Positions 40,876-51,518 of a DNA stretch of 64,000 nucleotides are shown here, piece after piece. The translations under genes were made by a program, and so were the position numbers. The stretch spans positions 150,973 through 214,972 of the forward strand of contig CAVTME010000005.1 in the NCBI GenBank assembly GCA_963735755.1, written 5' to 3'. How positions within the stretch are numbered: position 1 is the first letter of the stretch; the number at the start of each line of letters is the position of its first letter. The notes below the pieces were generated by a model that worked only from the letters and a program-made list of their open reading frames with translations, had not been told where the DNA came from and made no database searches. This DNA is from an uncultured Bacteroidota bacterium (lineage in GTDB: Bacteria; Bacteroidota; Bacteroidia; Bacteroidales; GCA-2748055).

Positions 40876-42114
40876 ATGCGAATAATTAATTTCGGATTGC
40901 TGTTTTTGCTGTTTTTGAGTGCTGTTTCCTGTAACCATAAAGAAAAAGCCAGGGGCGGTGAGACTGAGATTATTGAAAGTTATGTCATCCTGGTCTCCTT
41001 TGATGCCTTTCGGTGGGATTATACGGACTTGTATCATACACCAAACTTCGAGGCATTGATTGAGAGCGGGGTGAAGGCTGAGAAGTTGATCCCCTCGTTT
41101 CCCACCAAAACCTTTCCCAACCACTACACCCTGGCCACCGGGCTCTACCCGGATCACCACGGGATCATCAACAACAGCTTCTATGCCAATGACCTGGGGA
41201 AGTTATACCGGATCGGAGACAGGGATATGGTACAGAACGGAGACGCTTACTTCGGTGAACCCATATGGGTAACGGCTGAACAACAGGGGATACGAACAGC
41301 TTCATTTTACTGGGTTGGCACTGAGGCACCCATCATGGGGATACATCCTACCTACTGGAAGAAATACGATGAAAGTGTGTCCTATGAAGACAGGGTGGAC
41401 CAGGTGATTGATTGGTTGGAGGAACCCATGGAGAAACGACCTGGACTGATTACCCTCTATTTTGATGAGCCCGACGGAGTCGGACACCAGTATGGTCCGG
41501 AGCATGCCGAAACCCGTGAGGTGGTCACCTACCTTGACTCTGTATTGGGTTATCTTCGCACAGAAATTGCTAAACTTGAATACAGTGAAAGGATGAACCT
41601 GATCGTGGTGTCTGATCATGGAATGGGGCCCATTTCTTCAGACAGGTATGTGAATCTGAATGATCACCTGAAGGAAGGATGGACCGATCATGTGATTGGA
41701 GGAAACCCTGTCTACCTGATTGATCCGGCTGACGGCTTTGGGGATTCAGTGTGCATCAGCCTGAACAGGACTGAAGGCGTTTCTGCCTGGCAGGCTGAGG
41801 ATATGCCGCCCCATTTACACTATGGCACCAGCCCCCGTTTCCCCGGGATAGTGGCAGTGGCCGACAGTTTTTGGAGCATCGGTACAAAACCTGTATCATC
41901 GGGATACGCAGGTGGTACCCACGGATACGATAATGCCTTTACTGATATGCACGCCATCTTCATGGCCGAAGGCCCTGCCTTTCGGAACGGATATACCCGC
42001 CCGCCCTTCTCCAACGTGGAAGTGTACGGTATTGTCGCTCACATTCTGGGCCTCTCTCCGGCATCCACTGACGGTATGCTGGAAAACGTTCAGGATATCT
42101 TTGCTGCGGAATAA
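40876..42114 (+). CDS. Ectonucleotide pyrophosphatase/phosphodiesterase (alkaline-phosphatase superfamily) lipoprotein
   Basis: Lipobox LSAVSC. VSFDAFRWDY, FPTKTFPNHYTLATGLYPDHHGII, FDEPDGVGHQYGP, and VSDHGM. Confidence 0.8.
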   Translation: MRIINFGLLFLLFLSAVSCNHKEKARGGETEIIESYVILVSFDAFRWDYTDLYHTPNFEALIESGVKAEKLIPSFPTKTFPNHYTLATGLYPDHHGIINNSFYANDLGKLYRIGDRDMVQNGDAYFGEPIWVTAEQQGIRTASFYWVGTEAPIMGIHPTYWKKYDESVSYEDRVDQVIDWLEEPMEKRPGLITLYFDEPDGVGHQYGPEHAETREVVTYLDSVLGYLRTEIAKLEYSERMNLIVVSDHGMGPISSDRYVNLNDHLKEGWTDHVIGGNPVYLIDPADGFGDSVCISLNRTEGVSAWQAEDMPPHLHYGTSPRFPGIVAVADSFWSIGTKPVSSGYAGGTHGYDNAFTDMHAIFMAEGPAFRNGYTRPPFSNVEVYGIVAHILGLSPASTDGMLENVQDIFAAE

Positions 42115-42145
42115 AGAAAATGCCGCCCCCGGAAGGAGACGGCAT
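42109..42145 (-). terminator. Probable intrinsic terminator for the POT transporter gene
   Basis: Minus-strand RNA AUGCCGUCUCC-UUCC-GGGGGCGGCAU (9 of 11 bp paired, tetraloop) is followed by UUUUCUUUAUU. It lies between convergent genes. Confidence 0.45.
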
Positions 42146-42176
42146 CTTCATATGATTGGGATTAAATTTAAAGCTG

Positions 42177-43958
42177 CTACTGGGTGGCTCGCTCAAGCCG
42201 TTTCAGGATGGAAAAGATGAAGGCTGCCGATAACAGACATGTGATAACAAAGATCGACCACAGCTGCCACAATTCGATTTTTTCCCAGAAAAAGCTTCCG
42301 ATAAAGAGCAGCTTGTTACCTACAGCAGTAGCCAGCAGCCAGCCACCCTGCATCAATCCCTGGAAGCGGGTAGGGGCCACCTTGGAAACGAATGAGAGCC
42401 CCATGGGACTGAGGAACAGTTCTGCAAAGGTGAGGATCAGGTAGGAAGACATGAGCCAGTAGGGCGTAATCCGGGAGGAGTCGGGAACAGGCATTCCATC
42501 GAGTTCAAAAGGAGAGACCAATGACCTTGATCCGATGACCATGATCACAAAACCGAAGGTGGCGATGATCATTCCAATCCCGATCTTTTTGGGTGTGGAT
42601 GGTTCCATCCCTTTTCTGTTTAACATGGCAAAAAAGGCCATAACGGCAAAGGTGAGGGTCACAATAAACAGCGGATTGAAGGCTTGAAATGTTTCGGGTT
42701 CAATGGGATTATCAGCACCTCCCATGCTGAAGCGGACAACAGCCACAACTCCTCCGACAACGGTTAGAACAGCGCCAATAATCTTGGTGTTCCTGGCGAT
42801 GTTTTTTCCGATCAGAATAAAAACACCCACCAGGAAAGCGATTACAGAAAGGATGTTCCATAGATTAAAGAACATATAGGTGATTGGATCCACCCGCTTC
42901 AGTGTGTAGTCCCTGGCAAAAAAGGTATAGGTCAGGCCATTCTGGTGGAATCCCATCCAGAAGAATATGACCACGAAGAATACCAGTAGCAGAGATACAA
43001 CCCGTTGTTTCTCATCCTTGGTGGCAATCATTACAATCCAAGTAACGAAGGAAACAAAAAGCCCAATGGCAGCTCCGGTTGCAAAATCTTTAACGAAACT
43101 GATCAGTACAGCAACAAGAGCACCAGCTACCAGAGCTACGGGAATAGCCAGGGGTTTCTCTGTAATGGAGATGGTTTTTTCTCCGGCGACCTTCGCTTTT
43201 TTGGGAAGATGCTTGTTAAAAACAAGGTAGGCTACAAGGGAGATCACCATGGCAATGGCTGCAATTCCAAAAGCCATATTATATCCCTTGGAGAAGGTGT
43301 CTATGTAAGAATTCGCAAATGCACCAAGATCGGTGACAGGACCATTCAGGCTGACAGCATCGGCCAGTTTCTGGAGTACACCCACATCCTGAAGGGTTCC
43401 ATCCCTGTACTGGTGAGCAATTGCAGGAATACTGCCATCATGCAGGAAGCCGTTGGATTTTAACCACCAGTTCCTGATGCCTTTGGCAGCAAAGGGTGCG
43501 AAAAATGCGCCCACGTTAATTCCCATATAGAAGATCAGGAAGGCATTGTCCCTTACTTTGTCATACTTGGGATCGTCATACAACTGGCCAACAACAGCCT
43601 GAAGGTTTCCTTTGAACAGGCCGTTTCCTATGGCAATGGTAAACAGCCCCACCACGGTGATGGGCAGGGACAGGCCAGGGACTACCAGCAAAGCATATCC
43701 CAAAAACATGATCACCTGACCGAGGGCTATGATGGATGTATATTTTTTTGTGGCATCAGCCAGGATACCGCCCAGCAGCGCCAGGGCATAAATGGCAAAA
43801 TAGAACCAGCTGTAAATATCACCTGCTTTTTCTGCAGCAAGACCAAATTTGGCCTGCAGGAAAAGAACCAGTATCGCCATCATGGTATAGAAGCCAAAGC
43901 GCTCACCCATGTTTGCAAAAAAGGCGACGTATAGTCCTTTGGGATGTCCTTTTAACAT
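42177..43958 (-). CDS. Proton-dependent oligopeptide transporter (POT/PTR2 family, DtpT-like)
   Basis: GHPKGLYVAFFANMGERFGFYTMMAILVLFL (ExxERFxYY motif) and about 14 TM helices. The ATG at 43958 is preferred. Confidence 0.88.
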   Translation of the reverse strand: MLKGHPKGLYVAFFANMGERFGFYTMMAILVLFLQAKFGLAAEKAGDIYSWFYFAIYALALLGGILADATKKYTSIIALGQVIMFLGYALLVVPGLSLPITVVGLFTIAIGNGLFKGNLQAVVGQLYDDPKYDKVRDNAFLIFYMGINVGAFFAPFAAKGIRNWWLKSNGFLHDGSIPAIAHQYRDGTLQDVGVLQKLADAVSLNGPVTDLGAFANSYIDTFSKGYNMAFGIAAIAMVISLVAYLVFNKHLPKKAKVAGEKTISITEKPLAIPVALVAGALVAVLISFVKDFATGAAIGLFVSFVTWIVMIATKDEKQRVVSLLLVFFVVIFFWMGFHQNGLTYTFFARDYTLKRVDPITYMFFNLWNILSVIAFLVGVFILIGKNIARNTKIIGAVLTVVGGVVAVVRFSMGGADNPIEPETFQAFNPLFIVTLTFAVMAFFAMLNRKGMEPSTPKKIGIGMIIATFGFVIMVIGSRSLVSPFELDGMPVPDSSRITPYWLMSSYLILTFAELFLSPMGLSFVSKVAPTRFQGLMQGGWLLATAVGNKLLFIGSFFWEKIELWQLWSIFVITCLLSAAFIFSILKRLERATQ

Positions 43959-44047
43959 AGAATTAAATTTTCGTGAATAATTCGATTTATGGATTGGGCA
44001 CAAATATAGAAATAGTTTTTTCTTAAATTTGATTGGATTAGCATGTT

Positions 44048-45550
44048 ATGAAAATTTTTGAGGCTTCGAACGTTCGCGAAATTGATGCGTATACCATCCT
44101 TCACGAACCCATTGCTTCCATTGATCTGATGGAACGAGCGGCACAGCGCCTGACCGGTTGGTATGTGAGACATTATCATACGGACCGGAAGGTGCTTGTT
44201 TTTGCAGGTTCCGGCAACAACGGCGGAGATGCGCTGGCCATGGCCAGGATGCTGGCAGAGCGGCAGTTCAAGGTATCCTGTTATTTGCTTGTGTTCGGAA
44301 AACTTTCGGAGGATTGCGCAAAGAACCGGAAGCGTTTGATTGAGCAGGGCATGGTTACACTCACAGAGATCACAGAAAAGGACCAGCTTCCTTCCATAGA
44401 CGGCAATGTTGTGGTGGTGGACGGGATATTCGGATCGGGACTTAGCAGAAAGGCAACGGGTTTCCCCGGGGAGGTGATAAGCCATATCAATGCCCATGCT
44501 GATACTGTCATCGCCATCGACATCCCATCCGGACTGTTCGGGGAGGATAACCGGGAGAATGATCATGAAAAGGTGATCATGGCTACCCATACCCTTACAT
44601 TCCAGTTTCCATTCCTCTCCTTTTTCTTCAGCGAGAACGACCCGTTTGTGGGCTCCTGGAAGGTTCATGACATAAAGCTTCACCCTGAAATCATATCCGA
44701 AACAGAGGCAGCGCACCAGACCATTGAAAAGGAGCTGATCGCCAGGATTCTTCCCCGGCGTCCCAGGTTTGCCCACAAGGGAACCTTTGGGCATGCCCTG
44801 ATGATCTCGGGTTGTTATGGCATGATGGGTGCAGCTCTTCTTGCAGGTGAATCCTGCCTGAGGGCAGGGGCCGGGTTGGTCACCCTTCATATTCCCCGTT
44901 TCGGATATTCCATCATTCAGACAGGATTTCCGGAGGCCATTGTGAGCCTGGATCAGTCGGACATCCTTTTCAGTAAACCGCCCGACCTGGCTCCCTATTC
45001 AGCCATTGGAATCGGCCCGGGACTGGGCTGCAAACCCAATTCTGGAAAGGGATTGATAATGGTTCTGGAGCAAGCCTCCGTACCCATGGTTATTGATGCG
45101 GACGGATTGAATCTCCTGGCTTCCTGCCCCGAATGCATGGAATTGCTGCCAAAAGGATGCATCCTGACACCCCATCCCAGGGAGTTTGACCGCTTGGCCG
45201 GTGCGAGTGACAATTCCTATGACAGGTATCTGAAGCAGGTGGAATTTGCAGCCCGGCACAAGGTAGTTGTGGTATTAAAAGGAGCATTTACTGGAATTGC
45301 AGCTCCGGATGGCAATTACTGGTTCAATACCACAGGCAATCCGGGAATGGCTACTGGAGGAAGTGGCGATGTCCTTACCGGCCTGATCACAGGTTTGCTG
45401 GCGCAGGGGATGAAACCGCTGGATGCAGCCATCGCCGGGGTATACCTGCACGGATTGGCCGGAGACCTGGCGGCGGAGGAAAGCAGCCAGGAAGCCATGA
45501 TTGCCGGGGATATGATCCGTTGTCTGGGTAAAGCTTTTCGGAATGTATAA
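44048..45550 (+). CDS. nnr: Bifunctional NAD(P)H-hydrate epimerase / ADP-dependent dehydratase
   Basis: YjeF_N region (VLVFAGSGNNGGDALAMARML) and a carbohydrate-kinase-like C-terminus (RFAHKGTFGHALMISG...TTGNPGMATGGSGDVLTG). Confidence 0.88.
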   Translation: MKIFEASNVREIDAYTILHEPIASIDLMERAAQRLTGWYVRHYHTDRKVLVFAGSGNNGGDALAMARMLAERQFKVSCYLLVFGKLSEDCAKNRKRLIEQGMVTLTEITEKDQLPSIDGNVVVVDGIFGSGLSRKATGFPGEVISHINAHADTVIAIDIPSGLFGEDNRENDHEKVIMATHTLTFQFPFLSFFFSENDPFVGSWKVHDIKLHPEIISETEAAHQTIEKELIARILPRRPRFAHKGTFGHALMISGCYGMMGAALLAGESCLRAGAGLVTLHIPRFGYSIIQTGFPEAIVSLDQSDILFSKPPDLAPYSAIGIGPGLGCKPNSGKGLIMVLEQASVPMVIDADGLNLLASCPECMELLPKGCILTPHPREFDRLAGASDNSYDRYLKQVEFAARHKVVVVLKGAFTGIAAPDGNYWFNTTGNPGMATGGSGDVLTGLITGLLAQGMKPLDAAIAGVYLHGLAGDLAAEESSQEAMIAGDMIRCLGKAFRNV

Positions 45551-46298
45551 GATACTGACCAGTATACTGCTCCGTATGTTACTTACCTGCATGCTGATCA
45601 CTAGCTGCAACAACTTGAGCCGGGATCAGCCGGAACCTGAGATCAGGATGGGCGATGCGAATCACATCTTGGTGAACCACCATGATACTACACTCCATAG
45701 CCGCTACCATGAGGCCCAAACACTTGACCTTGATATCGATAGTGACGGAATCAATGACCTTCAGATTGGCTATGAGATTTGGGGTTCTCCTGGTCTGGGA
45801 CAGCACCCCCGGTCTACCATCGGATGCCTTCATGATGCGATACAACTAGCCGGCGTCTACACCTTTGATACCACATTCCTGAACAGGGGGATCTGGGTGG
45901 AGGATGAACCCGGATCCCAGGTAGAAGTGTGGGAATACTTTAACTATGTCTGCCATCGGATCGATCAGGCAGATTCAATCCTTTCTGTAAAACCTGCTTT
46001 TCATATGAAAACTTTTGAAAGGGATGAGAAGCTTCGGCTAAATGATAGCTTCCTTGCTGATACCCTCACCCTGTATGAAGATTATTTCGCCTACCCTCCC
46101 GTAAGTTGGGAAAGTGGGGATACCATGTACCACAAGAGCGAGGTTTACGGGAATGACTGCTGCGATCTCCCCATGGATGAAACCCACTTCATCGGTATTA
46201 AAATGACCGAAGGCCCGAGGCTTGGGTGGATTCGTTTAGGCGTTTTCGGATATTATAAAATCCTTGTGTTGGAGAGTGCCATTCAGCTTGTTTATTAG
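45543..46298 (+). CDS. Hypothetical lipoprotein
   Basis: Lipobox MLITSCNN. No recognised domains. It overlaps the nnr stop by 8 nt. Confidence 0.5.
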   Translation: MYKILTSILLRMLLTCMLITSCNNLSRDQPEPEIRMGDANHILVNHHDTTLHSRYHEAQTLDLDIDSDGINDLQIGYEIWGSPGLGQHPRSTIGCLHDAIQLAGVYTFDTTFLNRGIWVEDEPGSQVEVWEYFNYVCHRIDQADSILSVKPAFHMKTFERDEKLRLNDSFLADTLTLYEDYFAYPPVSWESGDTMYHKSEVYGNDCCDLPMDETHFIGIKMTEGPRLGWIRLGVFGYYKILVLESAIQLVY

Positions 46299-46358
46299 TT
46301 TTCTTGTTTTCAATGATGTGATATACTAATTTCACCGGTATATCAGTTCTATAAGTCC

Positions 46359-47456
46359 ATGAAAAGGATCATTCTATACAGCGTATTGACCGCATTGGCT
46401 ACCGGTTGTTTTGCTCCTGCTGCGATGCAGGTAAAAGTTGCCCCCCTGGGTGAAGATGTTCTTGAAACCCAGGATCAGTATCTATATGCCCTGCCGCAGA
46501 CTGTTTTAAAGGTAGAGGTAGTGTACCAGGAGATGAAGCATGTGCCTGGTCCATTCAGGGATTATGCAGAGAAGTACCTGGGCATTACGGAGGTGATCAG
46601 GAGCAATTTCAGCCAATGGCAGATCCTCGATGTGGAAGTGGCATCCCATACAGAACTGGATCCTGGGATGGTGTTTCAAGTCAATGTGCTTGAAGGGGAC
46701 TTCAATGAGGCGCTCATGCATCCCCTGCTGGAAAAAGGCTGCATCCTTGACGGAACCGGTCTGGTGCGTGAAGAGATAAAAAGCCCCACGCTGGGATCCT
46801 TGGTGCTAAGGGATTATGTGAGCTATAAAGATCTGGGGATAGAATCCAATTTTGCAGAGCGGACCGAGACCATGTACAAGACCATTGTGACAGATACCTC
46901 TTTTGTAGAGGTTCCGGTGGACCGCACCATTACCGAACAGAAGTCGCCCTCCACCAAAGCAAAGGAGGCTGCGGAATTCATACTGGAGCTTCGGACCAGG
47001 CGCTTTGAGTTGCTTACGGGCGATTACGAGGTATATCCGCAGGGGGTGGCCATGAAAGCGGCCCTGAATAAGCTGGATGAGTTGGAGGCTTCCTACCTGA
47101 CCCTTTTCACTGGGAAAACTTTTGGTAAAACATCCAGAATGGCATGGTTTATTGTTCCCGAATCAGGTGGAGCATCTTCATCATACAATCTGGGGATGTT
47201 CTCCGAACAGCTTGGTTTTGTTCCAGAGGATCTTTTGGAAGGTGCCCCCCTGAAGCTAAGCATACAACCACTTGGGAAAACTGCTGATTTGGGAGCTTAC
47301 CATGCTGGAAGCAAGATCGGAGGCAACAGCAACCTGCTTTATTATCGCTTGCCGGACGTGGTTGATCTCAGAGTAAGTTTTGGTGAACAAGAGCTTTGCC
47401 AGCAGAGGATCTCTATCTACCAGTCAGGCGCCTTGATTGCTTCCCCGCTGAAATAA
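46359..47456 (+). CDS. Hypothetical lipoprotein (possibly DUF4831 family)
   Basis: Lipobox ALATGC. The family assignment is from memory only. Confidence 0.5.
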   Translation: MKRIILYSVLTALATGCFAPAAMQVKVAPLGEDVLETQDQYLYALPQTVLKVEVVYQEMKHVPGPFRDYAEKYLGITEVIRSNFSQWQILDVEVASHTELDPGMVFQVNVLEGDFNEALMHPLLEKGCILDGTGLVREEIKSPTLGSLVLRDYVSYKDLGIESNFAERTETMYKTIVTDTSFVEVPVDRTITEQKSPSTKAKEAAEFILELRTRRFELLTGDYEVYPQGVAMKAALNKLDELEASYLTLFTGKTFGKTSRMAWFIVPESGGASSSYNLGMFSEQLGFVPEDLLEGAPLKLSIQPLGKTADLGAYHAGSKIGGNSNLLYYRLPDVVDLRVSFGEQELCQQRISIYQSGALIASPLK

Positions 47457-47460
47457 ATAT

Positions 47461-47964
47461 CTAAAGCTTCCTGAGACTCGTTACCTGAACCTGTTGACGA
47501 TCTGGCGTAAGGACTTTAAGGAAATAGACACCAACAGTATAATTTGATGTATTCAACAGGATGATGTCTCCAGGGTTCACTAGCTTGTGCTGTTGTTGGC
47601 TGATCAGACGCCCGGTCACATCCTGAACTTCGATGAAATAGTCCCCGGTAGTCTCTATATCAAAGCGGATCCTGAGCTGATCTCCCACCGGGTTCGGATA
47701 GGCTGAAATACCCCAGTTCACCTGGTTTTCCTCCATCCCCACATCAATATCAAAGGGTTGCTGGAATCCCTGGGTCAGTACCAGGTCGGTTCCGGCCAGT
47801 GTGGAAACAGCCAGTTCACCCAATGTCCAGGAGATGCTGATGTCATTGCCTTCAAAGTAAGCTCCTCCGGATGAAAGGACACTGGGAGTAAGCTGTATCT
47901 GCTGAGCACTCAGGGTTACCGTGCTCGCAATCATTACCAAAAGGAAAGTTATCGGATTTTTCAT
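47461..47964 (-). CDS. Small secreted protein consisting mainly of a T9SS C-terminal sorting domain
   Basis: Signal peptide. The C-terminal ~80 aa (ISAYPNPVGDQLRIRFDIETTGDYFIEVQDVTGRLISQQQHKLVNPGDIILLNTSNYTVGVYFLKVLT) carry the classic YPNP...GxYxxxV CTD pattern. Confidence 0.7.
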   Translation of the reverse strand: MKNPITFLLVMIASTVTLSAQQIQLTPSVLSSGGAYFEGNDISISWTLGELAVSTLAGTDLVLTQGFQQPFDIDVGMEENQVNWGISAYPNPVGDQLRIRFDIETTGDYFIEVQDVTGRLISQQQHKLVNPGDIILLNTSNYTVGVYFLKVLTPDRQQVQVTSLRKL

Positions 47965-48150
47965 GGATCAGCTCTTTGTTCAAATTTCCGAAAAAACTAG
48001 GTTGGAACCAAGTCTTTAACAACAATATAACGTTCATAGGTAAAAAAGTTGAAGGTTTCATGATGGTATAGATGTTGTAATGTATGCCTGTGAGACAGTC
48101 TATAAATTTTTGTGAAGCAAAAATTTGAAGCAACGAACAGGTATATATAA

Positions 48151-48184
48151 CGAGAAAGAGGCCGTATCTTTTTGATACAGCCTC
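48151..48184 (-). terminator. Probable intrinsic terminator after pepD
   Basis: Minus-strand RNA GAGGCUGUAUC-AAAAA-GAUACGGCCUC (11 bp including one G.U) is followed by UUUCUCG. It starts 23 nt after the pepD stop. Confidence 0.5.
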
Positions 48185-48206
48185 CCTGGTATTGTATTGG
48201 AAAAGA

Positions 48207-49664
48207 CTACTTTGCAGGTATGGCTTCCAGGATGGCCACAAGAAAATCCCAGAATTTCTTCACAGTACCGATCGCAACCTTCTCATCAGGAGAGTGGGGA
48301 AAACGAATGGTGGGGCCAAAGGAGATCATATCCAGGTTGGGATATACACCTCCCAGCAAACCGCACTCGAGGCCGGCATGAATGGCTTTGATCTCAGGGA
48401 TCTTCCCGAAATTCTTGTTATAAACATCCTGGCATACTTTCAGAATGGGTGATTCCATGTCTGGTTTCCAGCCCGGATAAGCTCCGCTTAACTCCACTTC
48501 AGCATCCATCAGGTGAAATACTGCTGCAATTTTCCATGCGGTAGCATCTTTGGCGCTGTCCACAGACGACCGGGTCAGGTTCAGGGCCAGGAACCGGCCA
48601 TCCTTTACCCGGGCAATGGCCAGGTTGTTTGAAGTCTCCACAAGTCCTTTCATGGACTGGCTCATGCGTTGCACTCCGTTGGGACAGGCGAATAGGGCCC
48701 GGATAAATTTCCTCTGCTCATCTGCCGGAACCACTTTGGCCGGCGCACTGATTTTTTCACAGGTGAAGGAGAGATCGGGTTCGGTCTCGGCAAATTCATT
48801 CCTGTAGATGCTTTGGTAATCAGCCACCAGTGTTTCAAATTTAATGGCAGATTCTTCAGGAACCAAAACAACACCGGTTGATTCCCTGGGAATGGCATTT
48901 CTCAGGTCTCCGCCTTCGGCTCTGGATAACCTCACATTCAGGTCTGCTTCGGCCTGCATAAGGAAGCGGAACAGGATCTTATTGGCATTGGCCCTGCCCA
49001 GGGGGATGTCCATGCCCGAGTGTCCGCCTTTTAATCCTTTTGCATGGATCAGATATGCCACATGACCTGAGGGAGCATCCTCTTCGGTGTAGGATTTGGA
49101 GGCCGATACATCAATACCACCGGCACAACCCACGTAAAGTTCTCCTTCATCTTCCGAATCCATGTTGATCAAAATGTCTGCATCCAGCAGTCCGGGTTTG
49201 AGCCCGAACGCTCCTGTCATTCCGGTCTCTTCATCGATGGTGAAAAGCGCCTCCACCGGTCCGTGGACCAGGCTGCTTGATTCCAGTACAGCCATGGCTG
49301 CTGCCACGCCTATTCCGTTGTCACTACCAAGGGTTGTCCCGTCGGCAGTGACCCAGTCACCATCAATAATGGTTTCGATGGGATCCTTCTCAAAATCAAA
49401 ATCCTTGTCGCTGTTCTTCTGGGGTACCATATCCAGGTGTCCCTGTAAAACAACTGTTTTCCGGTTTTCCATTCCGGGTGTGGCCGGTTTCTTGATGATC
49501 ACATTGCCAACCTCATCCACGATGGTCTCCAGTCCAAGGTTCTCCCCGAACTGTTTCATATACGCGATGATCTCGGCCTCTTTTTTTGAAGGCCTGGGGA
49601 TCTGAGTAAGTGTATGGAAATGTTTCCAAACCTCAACGGGTGCTAAATCTTTAATTGAACTCAT
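48207..49664 (-). CDS. pepD: Aminoacyl-histidine (Xaa-His) dipeptidase PepD, M20 family
   Basis: VWKHFHTLTQIPRPSKKE, VVLQGHLDMVPQKN, TTLGSDNGIG, and EETGMTGA. The ATG at 49664 is preferred. Confidence 0.88.
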   Translation of the reverse strand: MSSIKDLAPVEVWKHFHTLTQIPRPSKKEAEIIAYMKQFGENLGLETIVDEVGNVIIKKPATPGMENRKTVVLQGHLDMVPQKNSDKDFDFEKDPIETIIDGDWVTADGTTLGSDNGIGVAAAMAVLESSSLVHGPVEALFTIDEETGMTGAFGLKPGLLDADILINMDSEDEGELYVGCAGGIDVSASKSYTEEDAPSGHVAYLIHAKGLKGGHSGMDIPLGRANANKILFRFLMQAEADLNVRLSRAEGGDLRNAIPRESTGVVLVPEESAIKFETLVADYQSIYRNEFAETEPDLSFTCEKISAPAKVVPADEQRKFIRALFACPNGVQRMSQSMKGLVETSNNLAIARVKDGRFLALNLTRSSVDSAKDATAWKIAAVFHLMDAEVELSGAYPGWKPDMESPILKVCQDVYNKNFGKIPEIKAIHAGLECGLLGGVYPNLDMISFGPTIRFPHSPDEKVAIGTVKKFWDFLVAILEAIPAK

Positions 49665-49749
49665 GCTGTTTTCTTTTACATATTTATAGGCACACGGCTT
49701 CATTGACATGATCATCGATGAGGAGACGGTTTGCCTTTTTCTTTTCATG

Positions 49750-51324
49750 TTATTCCGCTTTTACTCCACTGGGAAGTTCAAGACCGAATTTCTGTTTTGC
49801 ATCGGCTCGTTTCAGCTGCAATGCCAGGAAAATGGAAACCACCCCAAGGATCACAAGCATAAAGATGGGTACGGTATAATTGTAGCTCATCTCACCGGCA
49901 CGGATGGCCTCCAGGTCTTTTTTGTTGGCCAGGTCCAGTACAGCGCCTATGCCCCAGAAGAAGAAGAGCAATCCATAGTTCTGAATGGTGAACATGGTTG
50001 CGTAGGCGGTTCCCAGCCGGCTCTCTTTCACAATCTTAGCCACCGAGGGCCACATGGCCGCCGGGATCAGTGAAAATGCAATTCCCAGGCTGAGTAATCC
50101 AAAATATCCCAGCACTTCGCTATTGAATAGCGACAGGGATATATGTGCGAAAATAAGCAGGACAGAACCCACAATCATGAGTGAGGCAGCCCTGCCTTTT
50201 TTATCCACATAGTTACCAAAGATGGGTGTGAACAGGATGGTCCCCATGGGGATCAGACTGGCGGTTTTTGGTCCGTTTTGAAGCCAGACAGAGAGGGTGC
50301 TTCCCCATAGTCCCTTGATGAACAGAAAAAACAGAAGTCCGATGACCACCATGGATGCAATTTTTCCTCCCACATTGTTAATCTTTGAGGGAATCATGGA
50401 GAAACCAAGACCGAAGAAGAAAAGTCCCAGATAAATGGCTACGTTGCCCAATGACTGGCTGCCGAAGAGGCTGAAGTAATTGGCACTTAGCGGCAATTCG
50501 TAAGAGAATCCGAATTTGTTCACCAGCAGATCGGGGGCATACTGAATAAAGGGAAATACTGCCGAATAAAAGAAAACACAGAGCAGTGCGATATATACAA
50601 AAGAGCGGTTCTTCATCAAGGTGATCAGGTCTGAAAACTTAAATTCTTCTTCCACTGCTGTTTCACCACTTGCTACCATGGCTGCTTTGTCCTGCTTGTC
50701 CAGGCTGTAATCGAAAATGGTATAAATCAGGAACATAATCAGAGCAATCCCAATCAGGGTGGCAGCAAAAGCCACCGCCGGGGGTACCGAGTTTCCTCCA
50801 ATATCGATGGAGAGTGCCAAGCCCATGGCTGAACCCAGCCGGCCGAAGCCCATATTGATGGCCATGGCCAGCGCCAGCTCATATCCCTTGAACCACTTCA
50901 CTACGGTTCGTGTAGCCACAACACAGGTGACTTCGAGACCAGAGCCGAACAGGACCCGTCCGACGATCATCATGGTCAATTGTGTATTGTGTGCTTCACC
51001 GAAAAAGCCATGTGCCGCCAGTGCGGTAATGGCTGCACCCACAGCTGCCAGGGCGCCAAAGAGTAAGCCGGCCAGGCGAACACCCCACTTGTCCAGGACA
51101 ATCCCGCCTATGATAATCATACCAAAGAGGTTGGCAATGGTGGTGAGTCCGATCAGTCTTCCAAATTCTTCACTGGTAAAACCCATTTCGGTCTCCATCA
51201 AACCCTTCAGTCCACCGAAGAAATCCTGGAACCAGTAGGTGGCCAGTATAAGCATACTGATCAGCACCAGCATCAGCCATCGCATGGGGGCTGAATCTCT
51301 TAGCGTTTTCTTTGTCGCTTCCAT
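49750..51324 (-). CDS. MFS transporter, substrate unknown
   Basis: About 12 TM helices with the MFS loop motif (GGIVLDKWGVR). The ATG at 51324 is preferred. It is on the same strand as pepD and 85 nt upstream of it. Confidence 0.75.
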   Translation of the reverse strand: MEATKKTLRDSAPMRWLMLVLISMLILATYWFQDFFGGLKGLMETEMGFTSEEFGRLIGLTTIANLFGMIIIGGIVLDKWGVRLAGLLFGALAAVGAAITALAAHGFFGEAHNTQLTMMIVGRVLFGSGLEVTCVVATRTVVKWFKGYELALAMAINMGFGRLGSAMGLALSIDIGGNSVPPAVAFAATLIGIALIMFLIYTIFDYSLDKQDKAAMVASGETAVEEEFKFSDLITLMKNRSFVYIALLCVFFYSAVFPFIQYAPDLLVNKFGFSYELPLSANYFSLFGSQSLGNVAIYLGLFFFGLGFSMIPSKINNVGGKIASMVVIGLLFFLFIKGLWGSTLSVWLQNGPKTASLIPMGTILFTPIFGNYVDKKGRAASLMIVGSVLLIFAHISLSLFNSEVLGYFGLLSLGIAFSLIPAAMWPSVAKIVKESRLGTAYATMFTIQNYGLLFFFWGIGAVLDLANKKDLEAIRAGEMSYNYTVPIFMLVILGVVSIFLALQLKRADAKQKFGLELPSGVKAE

Positions 51325-51518
51325 CAAATCAAGTTTTTGTGAATGAAGTTCTAAAAATAGAAAAAATATGGGGGCCGGGAGTGTTTTAAACAACATACTG
51401 AATTAAGATGCTGATCCTGTATGCAGATAATTCTATATTTACATCCCTTGAGAAACTGATTTTGTGTAAGGAAGTGAACCCGATACCGACTATTTGGTTA
51501 TAGTAGAAAGCAGAAATT

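Noticed and set aside
43952-44890. 312-aa ORF on the minus strand
   Set aside because: It is entirely antisense to the well-supported nnr gene (44048-45550). Its composition is Cys/His/Pro-rich and low in complexity, which is typical of a shadow ORF.
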